The notes beneath the pieces are model-generated. The model did not search any database and was not told where the DNA came from. It saw only the letters and a list, made by a program, of their open reading frames with translations. A stretch of DNA of 64,000 bases, taken from assembly GCA_963829245.1 (NCBI GenBank), contig CAWHIM010000037.1, positions 60,427 through 124,426 on the forward strand, in the 5' to 3' direction. Every line of letters begins with the position of its first letter. Position 1 is the stretch's first letter. Made by a program: the position numbers and the translations under genes. Origin of the DNA: an uncultured bacterium (GTDB taxonomy: Bacteria > Desulfobacterota > Deferrimicrobia > Deferrimicrobiales > Deferrimicrobiaceae). Positions 1 to 10,511 of the stretch are shown here, piece after piece.

Positions 1-2511
1 CCTCGGAGGAGGCGGAACATCGCCTGGACGAGTACGGCCCGAACGAATTGTCGCATGGCAAGCGTCTGGGTTTCTGGGCCGACATCTTCCACCGTTGCAG
101 GAGCCCGCTGGTCATTCAGTTGCTGATCATCGCCCTGGTCTCGGCGTTCATCGGCGAGGTCAAATCGTCACTGATCGTCGGAGCGATGGTCGTTCTCAGC
201 GTGGGACTTTCCTACATCCTGGATCGTCGATCGAGCCAGGCCGTGGAGTCGCTGGGCAAGCGCGTGCAGTCGCGGACCCTGGTCCTGAGGGACGGCAAGG
301 AGACCGAGATCAAGATATCGGACGTCGTTCCCGGCGATGTCGTTCTCCTGCAGGCCGGCTCCATCATTCCGGCCGACTTGCGACTGCTCGCCGCCAAGGA
401 TTTCTTCGTCAGCCAGTCGGTCCTTACCGGGGAGTCCATGGCTGTGGAAAAGACGGCTGAGGGCAAGCCCGCTCTACGGCCGGTCTGTCGCCGAGGACCT
501 GGCCAACGCCTGCTTTCTCGGGACCAACGTGACCAGCGGCACGGCTCGCGGCGTGGTGGTGAACACCGGAACGCGAACCCTGTTCGGGGCCATCTCCGAA
601 CGACTGACAGAGAAGACGGGAGGAGACGAGTTTCGACCGGGGCGTGCGTTCCTTCACCTGGCTGATGATCCGGTTCATGGTGGTCATGGTTTGCGCGGTC
701 TTTTTAATCGTCGGATTGACCAAGGGCAACTGGCTGGAGGCCTTCTGTTCGGCCTGTCCATCGCCGTGGGCCTCACCCCGGAAATGTTGCCGATGATCGT
801 CACCGTAAACCTGGCAAAGGGTGCCTTGACCATGGCCAAGAAAAAGGTCATCGTCAAGCGGCTCCCCTCGATCCAGAACTTCGGCGCCATCGACATCCTT
901 TGCACGGACAAGACCGGGACACTGACCCAGGACCAGGTCGTGCTCGAACGCCACGTGGACATCACCGGCCACGTGAGCCAGGACGTCCTGAGCTACGCCT
1001 ACCTGAACAGCTATTACCAGACCGGGCTTACGCAACCTGATCGACCGGGCCGTACATCGACCATTCCGACCTGGACGTGGAACAGAACTGCCGCCTTGTG
1101 GATGAACTGCCCGTTCGATTTCCAGCGCCGCCGCATGTCGGTCGTGGTGGATTACGAGGGCGACCATGTGCTGATCTGCAAAGGCGCGGTGGAAGAGATT
1201 TACTCCTGCTGCAGCCACTATCAGATCGGCGATGAGGTCTATCCGCTGATCGACATGATCCGTGAGGATCTCTTCGAGGAAGTCGAACGGCTTAACAGGG
1301 ATGGCTACCGGGTTCTCGGCATCGCCTACCGGGAGTTCCCGCGGGAGAGGACATCGTTCACCGTCGGCAGACGAAAGCCAACTCGATCCTGCTCGGCTAT
1401 ATCGCCTTCTTTGATCCGCCCAAGGATTCGGCGACCAAGGCGCTGAAGCTCCTGAAGGAGGCCGGCGTCAGGGTGAAGGTCCTGACAGGCGACAATGGAC
1501 TGGTAACCAGCAAGGTCTGCCGGGATGTCGGGCTTGCTGTCGAACGTCATCGTCACCGGCGCGGAACTCTCACAGCTCACTCCGGAGGAGTTCTCCGAGA
1601 TTGCGCAGGAGGCGGATGTCTTCGTCAAGCTGACCCCGGCGCAAAAAGAGCAGATTGTCCGGACACTGCGGGCAGAACGGCCATGTGGTGGGCTTCATGG
1701 GCGACGGCATCAACGATGCGCCCGCCCTGAAGGCGGCCGATGTCGGCATCTCGGTGGATTCCGCCGTGGATGTGGCCAAGGAAGCCGCCGACATCGTGCT
1801 GCTGGAAAAGAGCCTGCTGGTCCTGGAAGACGGCATCATCGAAGGCCGGAAGGTCTTCACCAACATCATCAAATACATCCGCATGGGGGCAAGCTCCAAT
1901 TTCGGCAACATGTTCAGTGTGCTCGGCGCGAGCTACCTGCTTCCTTTTCTTCCGATGCAGCCCGTGCAGATTCTGACGAACAACCTGCTCTACGACTTCT
2001 CCCAGACCGGCATCCCACCGACAGCGTGGATGAGGAGCTGATCGCCAAGCCTCTAAAATGGAACATCGGCAATATCAAGCGGTTCATGGTCTTCATCGGT
2101 CCGATGAGTTCCATCTTCGATTATGCCACATTCGCGCTGATGTGGTTCTTTTTTCGCTGCAGCGCTTTTGTCGATCCGGCAACCGGCCCCGTGCAAAAAG
2201 AGGTATTGGCGAGACTCTTTCAGACCGGGTGGTTCGTGGAATCGCTGTTGACCCAGACGCTGATCGTCCACATTATCAGGACCAGACGGATACCTTTTTT
2301 CGGAAGCCGGGCCTCCCTGCCGATGACGCTGACGACCCTGGTCATCATGGCCGTTGGCGCCTGGCTGCCGTATTCACCTTTCGCCGCCGCGCTGGGGATG
2401 GTTCCGTTGCCGCTGATCTACTGGGCCTGGATTGCGGCATTCCTCTTGTCCTACGCAGCATTGACTCACTTCGTGAAGACCTGGTTCTTCAAGCGCTATG
2501 GAGGTGAATGA
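1..2511 (+). CDS. mgtA: Mg2+-transporting P-type ATPase (5' part outside window; split by several probable sequencing frameshifts)
   Basis: Fragments in ORFs 48-665, 337-1446, 1655-2041 and 1525-2511 carry [34 protein letters not shown] and the MgtA-typical [22 protein letters not shown]. Confidence 0.92.
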
Positions 2512-3319
2512 TCATGGATACCTTGCTGGATGCGCTGCAAGAAGGCCGGCTGATCGAACTGCCCGATAACAATAAAGATGATGCCCTGCAATTTCTGGCG
2601 CACATTATCGAGGCGATTCCATCGGTACCCACCGGCACCGATGTGGTCGGATTGGTCATGGAACGGGAACATTCGACCAATACCGCTATCGGCAAAGGCT
2701 GGGCTTGCCCCCATGCTCGCGTGCCTTTCGATGAAGACTTGATGTGCGTCGTGGGGTGGAGTCCGACGGGGATCGATTACGGCTCTCCCGATGCAATGCC
2801 GGTGTCGGTTATCGCCATGTATCTGGTGCCGGAAAATCAGCGGAATCATTACCTGCGTGAAGTCTCCTTGCTCGTAAAGGCCCTGATCGCCTATCCCGAA
2901 CTTGAGAAGTTGCAGTCTGGCAAAAGACCTGAACGACGTTCGAAATTGCCTGCTCGATCTCATCAGTTCGACAAAAGAAACCGTTGGCCCGGATGCGCGA
3001 GCCCGAATGATCCAGCTGCAGGCCAGGCCGAGCCAGGAAGCATTGCCTGTTCGCGACCTGTCAAACCTTGTCGTTGAACCGGTGACCTTGGTTGCCAGTC
3101 CAGGCCTGAAACACATCGTGCTTACTCAGAGTGTGAGTCTTGGGGCAATCCTGGATTCCGCTGCCGGATTGATTGAGAGAATAGAATCCGATGGGATGTT
3201 CCAAAACGGCGGATGGCGCATTGTGAAGCGAGGGACGGTCGGCCTATCAAGGTGGTCGAGTTGTATATGATTGTTTGGCGATAAAAATTGCGGCAGGGAA
3301 CTCGGCGTTGACCAAATGA
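2508..3319 (+). CDS. PTS EIIA (fructose/mannitol/Ntr-type) domain protein with unknown C-terminal extension (two probable frameshifts)
   Basis: ATGA overlap with mgtA stop; EIIA motifs ERE..TAIGKGWACPHAR and GIDYGSPD; continues in ORF 2902-3270, then AYQGGRVVYDCLAIK..K to TGA 3317-3319. Confidence 0.75.
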
Positions 3320-3610
3320 TGGCCTCGCGTTGACCCATTTTGGCCCATTCCGGCCGGGATCCAATACGGTTACATTTAGCGGCCATGATGCGATTCTGAT
3401 ATGGAATCATGGGAAGGGGAGCATTTCCTCCCACCAGTGCCCTTCTTCGTCCGGTATGGCGCGCCACTTTTTCCAAATCAATTGTGTGTACCCGTGAAGC
3501 GTGTCCGGGAAGGGGTACGGCCTTGGCGGAAATCAAACGTTTCCTGTTCTTCGAGGCGAGACGGTTCGCAGGGAAAACAACGCATCGTTTGCGGAAACGC
3601 TGCGGCCATG

Positions 3611-3629
3611 TGCTATCATAATGCTATCT
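3611..3629 (+). promoter_or_regulatory. Extended -10 promoter overlapping putative antitoxin operator (TGCTATCA taa TGCTATCT)
   Basis: TG-c-TATCAT at 3611-3619 and two TGCTATC copies ~20-35 nt upstream of the antitoxin ATG. Confidence 0.55.
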
Positions 3630-3648
3630 TGCTGGCCCGGAGGCTCCG

Positions 3649-3879
3649 ATGCCCCAGATCCTGGTGCGTGACTTGGACGATGTTTTGGTGGAACGACTGA
3701 AACGCCAGGCGAAGCGGCACCACCGATCGTTGCAGGGCGAGGTGAAAGCCATTCTGATCGAGTCCGCAAGAATGACGCCCGAGGAAATGCTTGCCGCAGC
3801 GGAAGGTTGGCAACGTCGCCTTGCAGGCGGGAAATTCGGCGACAGCTCCCGCCTTGTCCGTGAGGACCGCGGTCGGTGA
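3649..3879 (+). CDS. FitA-like ribbon-helix-helix antitoxin
   Basis: MPQILVRDLDDVLVERLKRQAKRHHRSLQGEVKAIL matches the FitA/StbC RHH pattern; GGAGG RBS; GTGA overlap with toxin. Confidence 0.88.
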   Translation: MPQILVRDLDDVLVERLKRQAKRHHRSLQGEVKAILIESARMTPEEMLAAAEGWQRRLAGGKFGDSSRLVREDRGR

Positions 3880-4301
3880 AGACCGCTTATGTGGTCGATG
3901 CCAGTGTAGCCGTGAAATGGTTCGTGCCCGAGGTCCACTCAGAGCACGCGCTGCGCCTGCTTCGGAAGAGGTTCGCCTTGCAGGCCCCGGAACTGATCCA
4001 GGCCGAGTTCGGAAATATTCTCTGGAAGAAGTGTCGGGCGGGCGAGCTCGATGGAACAACCGCAGGGGAAATTCTGGAAAACTTCAAAAGGTCGCCGTTG
4101 GTTGTACAACCGCACGGGGCATTCCTGAAGCTTGCATGGGAAATCGCCCTGAAACACCGCCAAACGTTTTACGACAGCTTGTACCTCGCCTTGGCGTTGG
4201 CCGAAAAAGCGCGAATGGTCACCGCCGACCGGAAGTTTTACGAAGCCCTTGCCGGGACGTCGTCGGGACGGTATCTCCTCTGGATCGAAGAGGTGGCCTG
4301 A
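3876..4301 (+). CDS. vapC: VapC/PIN-domain toxin
   Basis: VVDASVAVKW, E..N, FYDSLYLALA and VTAD PIN motifs. Confidence 0.9.
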   Translation: MKTAYVVDASVAVKWFVPEVHSEHALRLLRKRFALQAPELIQAEFGNILWKKCRAGELDGTTAGEILENFKRSPLVVQPHGAFLKLAWEIALKHRQTFYDSLYLALALAEKARMVTADRKFYEALAGTSSGRYLLWIEEVA

Positions 4302-4336
4302 AAGCCTCCTCTCGAAAATTCGCCATCAGGCAGAGG

Positions 4337-4750
4337 TCAGAGCGGCCTTTTGCCCGTTTTCTTGTATATGAAATAGTCCGCCAGGATCTTCGCGTGGTCG
4401 AAGGCGAGGGGGGAGGGGAGGTCGCCCTCGCCGAACAGCCGCGCCTCGGCGGCGTCGTCGCCGCCCGCCGGGGCGCCTGAGGCCCGCCCGACGTAGACCG
4501 TCGAGATCGTGTGGTGGCGCGGGTCGCGGGCCGGGTCGGAGTAGACGCCCAGCAGCGCGGTGAGGGTCACGCGCAGGCCCGTCTCCTCGAGCGCCTCCCG
4601 GACGGCCGCGGTTTCGACGGTTTCACCGACCTCGACGAATCCGCCTGGGATCGCCCACCCCGGAGGGGGATATTTCCGCCGGACAAGAACGACGCGGTCA
4701 CCCACCTCGATGATGACGTCGGCGGTGGGGAAGGGATTGCGATCTGCCAA
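4337..4750 (-). CDS. NUDIX hydrolase
   Basis: Nudix box GGFVEVGETVETAAVREALEETG and LAFDH; likely TTG start at 4750 after GGAGG (ORF open to 4780). Confidence 0.9.
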   Translation of the reverse strand: MADRNPFPTADVIIEVGDRVVLVRRKYPPPGWAIPGGFVEVGETVETAAVREALEETGLRVTLTALLGVYSDPARDPRHHTISTVYVGRASGAPAGGDDAAEARLFGEGDLPSPLAFDHAKILADYFIYKKTGKRPL

Positions 4751-4812
4751 AGGGGGGTTCCTCCAGCCTCCCGGACTCATCCCGGGCGATGATTTGTGTT
4801 ATAAATTTTACT

Positions 4813-5490
4813 ATGGATTTCGGTCATCCTGCGGCGATCTTCGTATCTTCCTTCATCATCGGCCTCTCCGGGGCGATGATGCCGGGACCCCTCCTTGCGG
4901 TCACCATCCGGCACGCTTCGGTCCGCGGTTTTTCCGCGGCGCCGCTGCTCGTCCTCGGGCACGCGATCCTCGAGGCGGCGCTCGTGTGCCTCCTCCTGTT
5001 CGGGCTGATGGAGTGGATCCGGGGAGACGCGGCGATCATCGCGATCGCCCTGCTTGGCTCCGCGATGCTCCTCCGGATGGCGGCCGGGATGGCCCGGGAG
5101 GTCCGGACGCTCCATTTCGGCGTCGAGACGGGCGGTTCCCGTGGGCGGGCGAGCGACGGGAAAGGATCGGGAGGGGTGCGTCCGGTGATCGACGGTATCG
5201 CCACCTCCGCCTCGAACCCGTACTGGTCGCTCTGGTGGGCGACGATCGGCCTCGGGTACCTGCTGCTTTCGCGCGGGCAGGGATGGCGGGGCGTCCTCGC
5301 CTTCTTCTCCGGGCATATCCTTTCCGACGCCGCGTGGTACCTCTTCGTCGGGGCGGCGGTTTCGGTGGGAAGGGGCTGGTTTACCGACCGGGTCTACCGC
5401 GGCGTCGTCGGCGCCTGCGCCGTCTTTCTTGTCTTCTTCGCCCTCACCTTCGGGTATCTCGGGGTGTCGCGTCTTGTCCACTTCCTGTAG
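4813..5490 (+). CDS. LysE-family translocator
   Basis: GLSGAMMPGPL, LGHAILE, SNPYWSLWW and GHILSD motifs; hydrophobic helices. Confidence 0.85.
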   Translation: MDFGHPAAIFVSSFIIGLSGAMMPGPLLAVTIRHASVRGFSAAPLLVLGHAILEAALVCLLLFGLMEWIRGDAAIIAIALLGSAMLLRMAAGMAREVRTLHFGVETGGSRGRASDGKGSGGVRPVIDGIATSASNPYWSLWWATIGLGYLLLSRGQGWRGVLAFFSGHILSDAAWYLFVGAAVSVGRGWFTDRVYRGVVGACAVFLVFFALTFGYLGVSRLVHFL

Positions 5491-5520
5491 CGGGGGCATT
5501 TCTCCCATGGAGGCTTCGAC

Positions 5521-8018
5521 ATGAAGGCGGTAGTGATGGCGGGAGGGTTCGGAACGAGGCTTCGCCCGCTGACCGAAAAACTTCCCAAGCCGATGGCGCA
5601 CGTGGCGAACCGCCCGATGATGGAACACGTCGTCCGGCTGCTGGCCGCCGGCGGGATGAACGACCTCGAGGTGCTGCTCCACTTCTATCCCGAGAAGATC
5701 AGCTCCTTCTTCGGAAACGGGACTCCATGGGGAGTCCGGATGAACTACGTGAACGCCGAGGCGGATTACGGCACCGCGGGGGCGGTGAAGAACGCGGAGG
5801 AGCGGCTCTCCGGGACCTTCCTGGTGATCAGCGCGGACATCATCACCGATATCGACCTGCCGAAGGCGATCGACTTCCACAAGGAACGCGGGGCGGCGGT
5901 CACCATCGTCCTGACACGCGTTCCCAACCCCCTGCAGTACGGCATCGTGATCACCGAGGAGGACGGCCGGATCGTCCGCTTTCTGGAGAAGCCGACGTGG
6001 GGGGAGGTCTTCTCGGACACGATCAACACGGGGATCTACATCATCGAGCCCGAAGTGCTCGACTCGTCCCGCCGAAGAAGAACTGGGACTTCAGCAAGAA
6101 CCTCTTTCCCGCCATGCTGGCCCGGAACGACCGCCTGCTCGGCTACGTCGCGGAGGGGTACTGGAAGGACGTGGGGAATCTCGACGAGTACCTGAACGTC
6201 CACCTCGACCTCCTGGCGGGGAAGGTGAAGATCCACTTCGACGGGGAGAAGGCGGGGGATCGGAGCGTCTGGATCGGAGAAGGGTCGAAGGTCGACTACA
6301 CGGCGGAGCTTTCGAACGTGCTCCTGGGGAAGAAGTGCGTCATCGGGTCCGGGGTGACGATGAGCAACGTCGTGGTCGGAGACGGATGCGTCATCGAGGA
6401 CGGCGCGGTCATCCAGTCCTCCGTGCTGTGGGAGCGCGCGACGGTGGGGAAGGGGGCCCGGATCTTCGAGAACATCGTCGGATCCGACGTCCGGGTGGGG
6501 CGCGGCGCCTTCCTCGCGGAGCGGGCGGTGATCAGCGACCATTGCGTCATCGGGACCGAGGCCGTGGTCAAGCCGAACGTGAAGGTTTGGCCCCACAAGG
6601 TGGTCGAGGACGGGGCGGTCCTGTCGTCTTCCCTCATCTGGGGGGAGAAGTGGGCGCGCTCCCTTTTCGGCGCCTACGGGATCGTCGGGCTGGCGAATAT
6701 CGAGATATCCCCCGAGTTCGCGGCGAAGGTCGCGGCCGCCTACGCCGCCACGTTCGGAAGGAAGGTGGTCCTCTCCACCAGCCGGGACAGCCACAAGGCG
6801 TCGCGGATGATCAACCGCGCGATCATGACGGGAATGCTCTCGGTCGGCGTCGACGTGCACGACTACGGCATCACGCCCCTGCCGGTGGTGCGTTTCCTCT
6901 CCCGCTCTCATGGGGAGGAGCGGGGCGGCGTCCACACCCGGAAGAGCCCGTTCAACGCGTCCTTCCTCGACCTCAAGTTCTTCGACGATTCCGGCCTCGA
7001 CCTGTCGATGGGACAGGAGAAGAACATCGAGAACCTGTTCTTCCGGGAGGACTTCGTCCGGGCCGACATCGAAGAGACCGGGGGGATCACCTTCCCGATG
7101 GGCGGGTTCGACTTCTACATCGACGGGTTCGTGAAATCCGTCGACGCGCGGGCGATCAAGGAACGGAACTACAACCTCGTGCTCGACTACTCCTACGGTT
7201 CCTCCGCCGTCATCTTCCCACGGATCCTCGGACAGCTCGGGGTGGAGACGGTGGCGCTGAACGCCATCCTCGACCCGGCCCGCATCACCCGGACGCAGGA
7301 GGAGTTCGACAAGGGGATGGGACATCTCGCGGCGATCTCGCGCTCCCTGTCCGCCGACTTCGGGGCGATGCTCGACACCGGCGGCGAGAAGATCTTCCTG
7401 ATCGACGAGAAGGGGGACATCCTCCCCGACGCGACGGCGCTGCAGGTGGTCTGCCTCCTCGCCTGCCGCCAGGCGGGCAAGGGGCTGGTGGGCGTCCCGG
7501 TCACCGCCTCGCGGAACGTCGAGAAAATCGCGTCCCGCTTCGGGATGGACGTGGTCAGGACCCGGACGCTGCCGCGGTCGCTGATGGAAACGGCGGCGAG
7601 GGAGGGGGTGGCCTTCGCGGGGGACGGGGCGGGCGGGTTCGTCTTCCCGCGCTTCCAGCCGGCGTTCGACGGCATGTTCGCGATCGTGAAGATCATGGAA
7701 CTGCTGGCGGCCGAGGGGAGGGGACTGACCGACATCCTCCGCGAGATCCCGCCGACCGTCCTGATCCACCGGAAGATCCCCTGCGCTTGGGAGAACAAGG
7801 GGTCCCTCATGCGGATGTTGACCATGCACGCCAAAGGGAAGCCGAGCCAGTTCATCGACGGGGTGAAGGTATTCGAGGGGGAGGACTGGGCGCTGGTCTA
7901 CCCGAGCCAGGACGAGGCGTACTTCCACCTGGTGGTCGAGTCCGGGGACGGCCGCGCGGCTTCGCTGCTCGCATCGGAGTATACGGACCTGTTCGCGTCC
8001 TGGGGGAAGAAGCTGTGA
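5521..8018 (+). CDS. Mannose-1-phosphate guanylyltransferase-like nucleotidyltransferase / LbH / phosphomannomutase-like fusion (frameshift ~6063)
   Basis: MAGGFGTRLRPLT..LPKPM, FLEKP, YWKDVG, hexapeptide repeats, then a PGM/PMM-like region starting LFGAYGIVG. Confidence 0.88.
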
Positions 8019-8671
8019 CCGATGTCCGGCCGCTCCGGGTGCTGGCGATGGAGGTCGGCCCGCTGGCGGAGAACGCCTACATCGTGGGGCACGTGGCGAG
8101 CGGGAAGGCGGTCGTGATCGACCCGGGAGACGAGGCCGACGAGATCCTGCGCCGCTTGGGCGAGCAGGGATGGACCCTGGACAAGATCCTTCTCACCCAT
8201 GGGCACTTCGATCACGTGGGTGCGGTCGCGGCCATCAAGGCGCGCACGGGTGCGAGCGTCCACATCCATCCGGACGAAGCGGAACGGATGCGGACGGCGA
8301 GCCGGCAAGGTGCGATGTTCGGGCTGCGCGTCCCCGACCCTCCGCCCCCCGACGTGCTTGTGCGGGACGGCGATACCGTTCCGCTGGCGGACGTGGCGTT
8401 CCGCGTCTTTCACACCCCTGGGCACACCCCTGGGCACGTGACCTACGTTTGCGGGGACCTCGCCTTCGTGGGCGACCTCATCTTCGAGGGGTCCATCGGC
8501 CGGACGGACCTTCCCGGGGGCTCCCTCGAGGACCTGCTGCGCGCGGTCCGGGAGAAGATCTTCACGCTGCCGGGGGAGACCATTCTCTTTCCGGGGCACG
8601 GCCCGGCCACGACGGTGGGCGATGAAATGCGCGGGAATCCATTCTTCACGGGGGAGGACGCAGGCGGATGA
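8015..8671 (+). CDS. MBL-fold metallo-hydrolase (glyoxalase II/YcbL-like)
   Basis: THGHFDH, HTPGH, GDLIF, GRTDLPGG, PGHG; GTGA overlap. Confidence 0.9.
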   Translation: MTDVRPLRVLAMEVGPLAENAYIVGHVASGKAVVIDPGDEADEILRRLGEQGWTLDKILLTHGHFDHVGAVAAIKARTGASVHIHPDEAERMRTASRQGAMFGLRVPDPPPPDVLVRDGDTVPLADVAFRVFHTPGHTPGHVTYVCGDLAFVGDLIFEGSIGRTDLPGGSLEDLLRAVREKIFTLPGETILFPGHGPATTVGDEMRGNPFFTGEDAGG

Positions 8672-9870
8672 CCACGCTCTCGGGCAAGGAGATCGTCCTC
8701 GGGGTCACCGGTGGGATCGCGGCCTACAAGGCGTGCGAGATCGTCCGCTCGCTGCGCAAGGAGAGCGCGGGCGTCCGGGTGATCCTCACCGCCTCCGGGG
8801 CGCGGTTCATCACCCCGCTCACCCTTCAGACCCTTTCGAAGAACCCGGTCTCTACCGACCTCTTCGATCTCGTCACCGAGTCCGACATCGGGCACATCTC
8901 CCTCGCGCAGCGGGCGAATCTCCTTTTGATCGCGCCGGCCACCGCGAACATCCTCGGGAAGATCCGGGGCGGCATCGCGGACGACATGCTCTCGACCGTG
9001 GTGATGGCCACCGCCGCGCCGGTCCTCATCGCTCCTGCGATGAACAGCCAGATGTACGCCTCCCCGTCGGTGCGGGAAAACGTGGAGGTCCTGCGGGAGC
9101 GGGGGTTCACCTTCGTGGAACCCGACGAAGGGGAGCTCGCCTGCGGGACGGTGGGCCCGGGGCGGCTGGCCGACACGGAGAAGATCGTCGAGATGGCCCG
9201 GATCCTCCTGGCGGAGAAGATCCTCGCGGGAAAGAGGGTCGTGGTGGGGGCGGGGCCCACGGAGGAGGACATCGACCCGGTCCGGTTCCTCACGAACCGG
9301 TCCAGCGGCAAGATGGGATTCGCCATGGCGGTCGCCGCCCGGCGGTTCGGCGCGGACGTGACCCTCGTCGCGGGACCGACCCGGCTGCCGGATCCCCCGT
9401 TCATGAGGACGGTCCGGGTGCGGTCCGCGAAGGAGATGGGGGGGGCGGTGTCAATCGCGGCGGAAACGGCGGACGTGGTGGTGATGGCGGCGGCGGTGGC
9501 CGACTTCCGCCCGGAGTCCGCGGCGTCGCAAAAGATCAAGAAGGAGACGTTCGACAGGCGGATCCCGCTGGTTCCCACGGAGGACATCCTCGCCTCCCTC
9601 GGGCACTCCGGGGGGAACCGTGTGCTCATCGGGTTCGCGGCGGAGACGAACGACATCGAGGGGAACGCGGTCGACAAGATGCGACGGAAGAATCTCGACG
9701 CGATCGTGGCGAACGACGTCTCACGGCCCGAGATCGGATTCCAGTCCGACAGCAACGAGGTCCGCGTTTACTTCTCCGACGGGACCGCGCTCGACCTCGC
9801 CATGGCGGCCAAGGACGCGATCGCCTCCGCCGTCTGGCGGGCGGTCTGCCGGAAGTTCCTCCCCGGATGA
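8668..9870 (+). CDS. coaBC: Phosphopantothenoylcysteine decarboxylase/synthetase
   Basis: GVTGGIAAYK, APAMN, GELACG, DPVRFLTNRSSGKMG, GFAAET. Confidence 0.96.
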   Translation: MTTLSGKEIVLGVTGGIAAYKACEIVRSLRKESAGVRVILTASGARFITPLTLQTLSKNPVSTDLFDLVTESDIGHISLAQRANLLLIAPATANILGKIRGGIADDMLSTVVMATAAPVLIAPAMNSQMYASPSVRENVEVLRERGFTFVEPDEGELACGTVGPGRLADTEKIVEMARILLAEKILAGKRVVVGAGPTEEDIDPVRFLTNRSSGKMGFAMAVAARRFGADVTLVAGPTRLPDPPFMRTVRVRSAKEMGGAVSIAAETADVVVMAAAVADFRPESAASQKIKKETFDRRIPLVPTEDILASLGHSGGNRVLIGFAAETNDIEGNAVDKMRRKNLDAIVANDVSRPEIGFQSDSNEVRVYFSDGTALDLAMAAKDAIASAVWRAVCRKFLPG

Positions 9871-10511
9871 GCCGGACCGTATCCCGCGGGATGCTGGCAG
9901 CGTGGCTCCGGGAGGTCGGGGTGGACTACGTTCTTCGGCCGTCGCCGGGCGGGGAGACCCTCGACGACATCCGCGGGGAACTGACCGACTGCCGACGTTG
10001 CCCGCTCTGCGCGGGCCGCGCCACGGTCGTCTTCGGGGTCGGGAACCCCCACGCCAGGCTGATGTTCGTCGGCGAGGGACCCGGGTCCGAGGAGGACCGC
10101 CTGGGGGAGCCGTTCGTCGGGGCCGCCGGGAAGCGGCTTGATCGGTGGATCGCGCGGATCGGTCTTCGCCGGGAGGACGTCTACATCGCCAACATCGTGA
10201 AGTGCCGCCCGCCGGGAAACCGCGCTCCCCTCCCCGACGAGGCGAAGGCATGTCTTCCGTACCTGTTGCGCCAGATTCGCGCCGTCCGCCCCGAAATCGT
10301 CTGCACCCTCGGCGCAACCGCGCTGAATTTCCTGTTGGGAGTCGAGGAGAAGATCACCCGGGAGCGGGGGAAGTGGAGGGAACGGGACGGCGTCCCCGTG
10401 CTTCCCACGTATCATCCCGCCTTCATCCTGCGCGATGCCGCCCGGGAGACGGAAGTGTTCGGAGACTTCGATGCCATCGCATCGCGGCTCCGCCTTCCTT
10501 CGGCGAAATGA
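9867..10511 (+). CDS. Family 4 uracil-DNA glycosylase
   Basis: CRRCPL, GEGPG, PFVG, NIVKCRPP and TYHPA motifs. Confidence 0.92.
   Translation: MSRTVSRGMLAAWLREVGVDYVLRPSPGGETLDDIRGELTDCRRCPLCAGRATVVFGVGNPHARLMFVGEGPGSEEDRLGEPFVGAAGKRLDRWIARIGLRREDVYIANIVKCRPPGNRAPLPDEAKACLPYLLRQIRAVRPEIVCTLGATALNFLLGVEEKITRERGKWRERDGVPVLPTYHPAFILRDAARETEVFGDFDAIASRLRLPSAK

Noticed and set aside
8411-8437. Exact 12-nt tandem repeat CACACCCCTGGG
   Set aside because: Encodes the standard HTPGHTPGH motif of MBL hydrolases.
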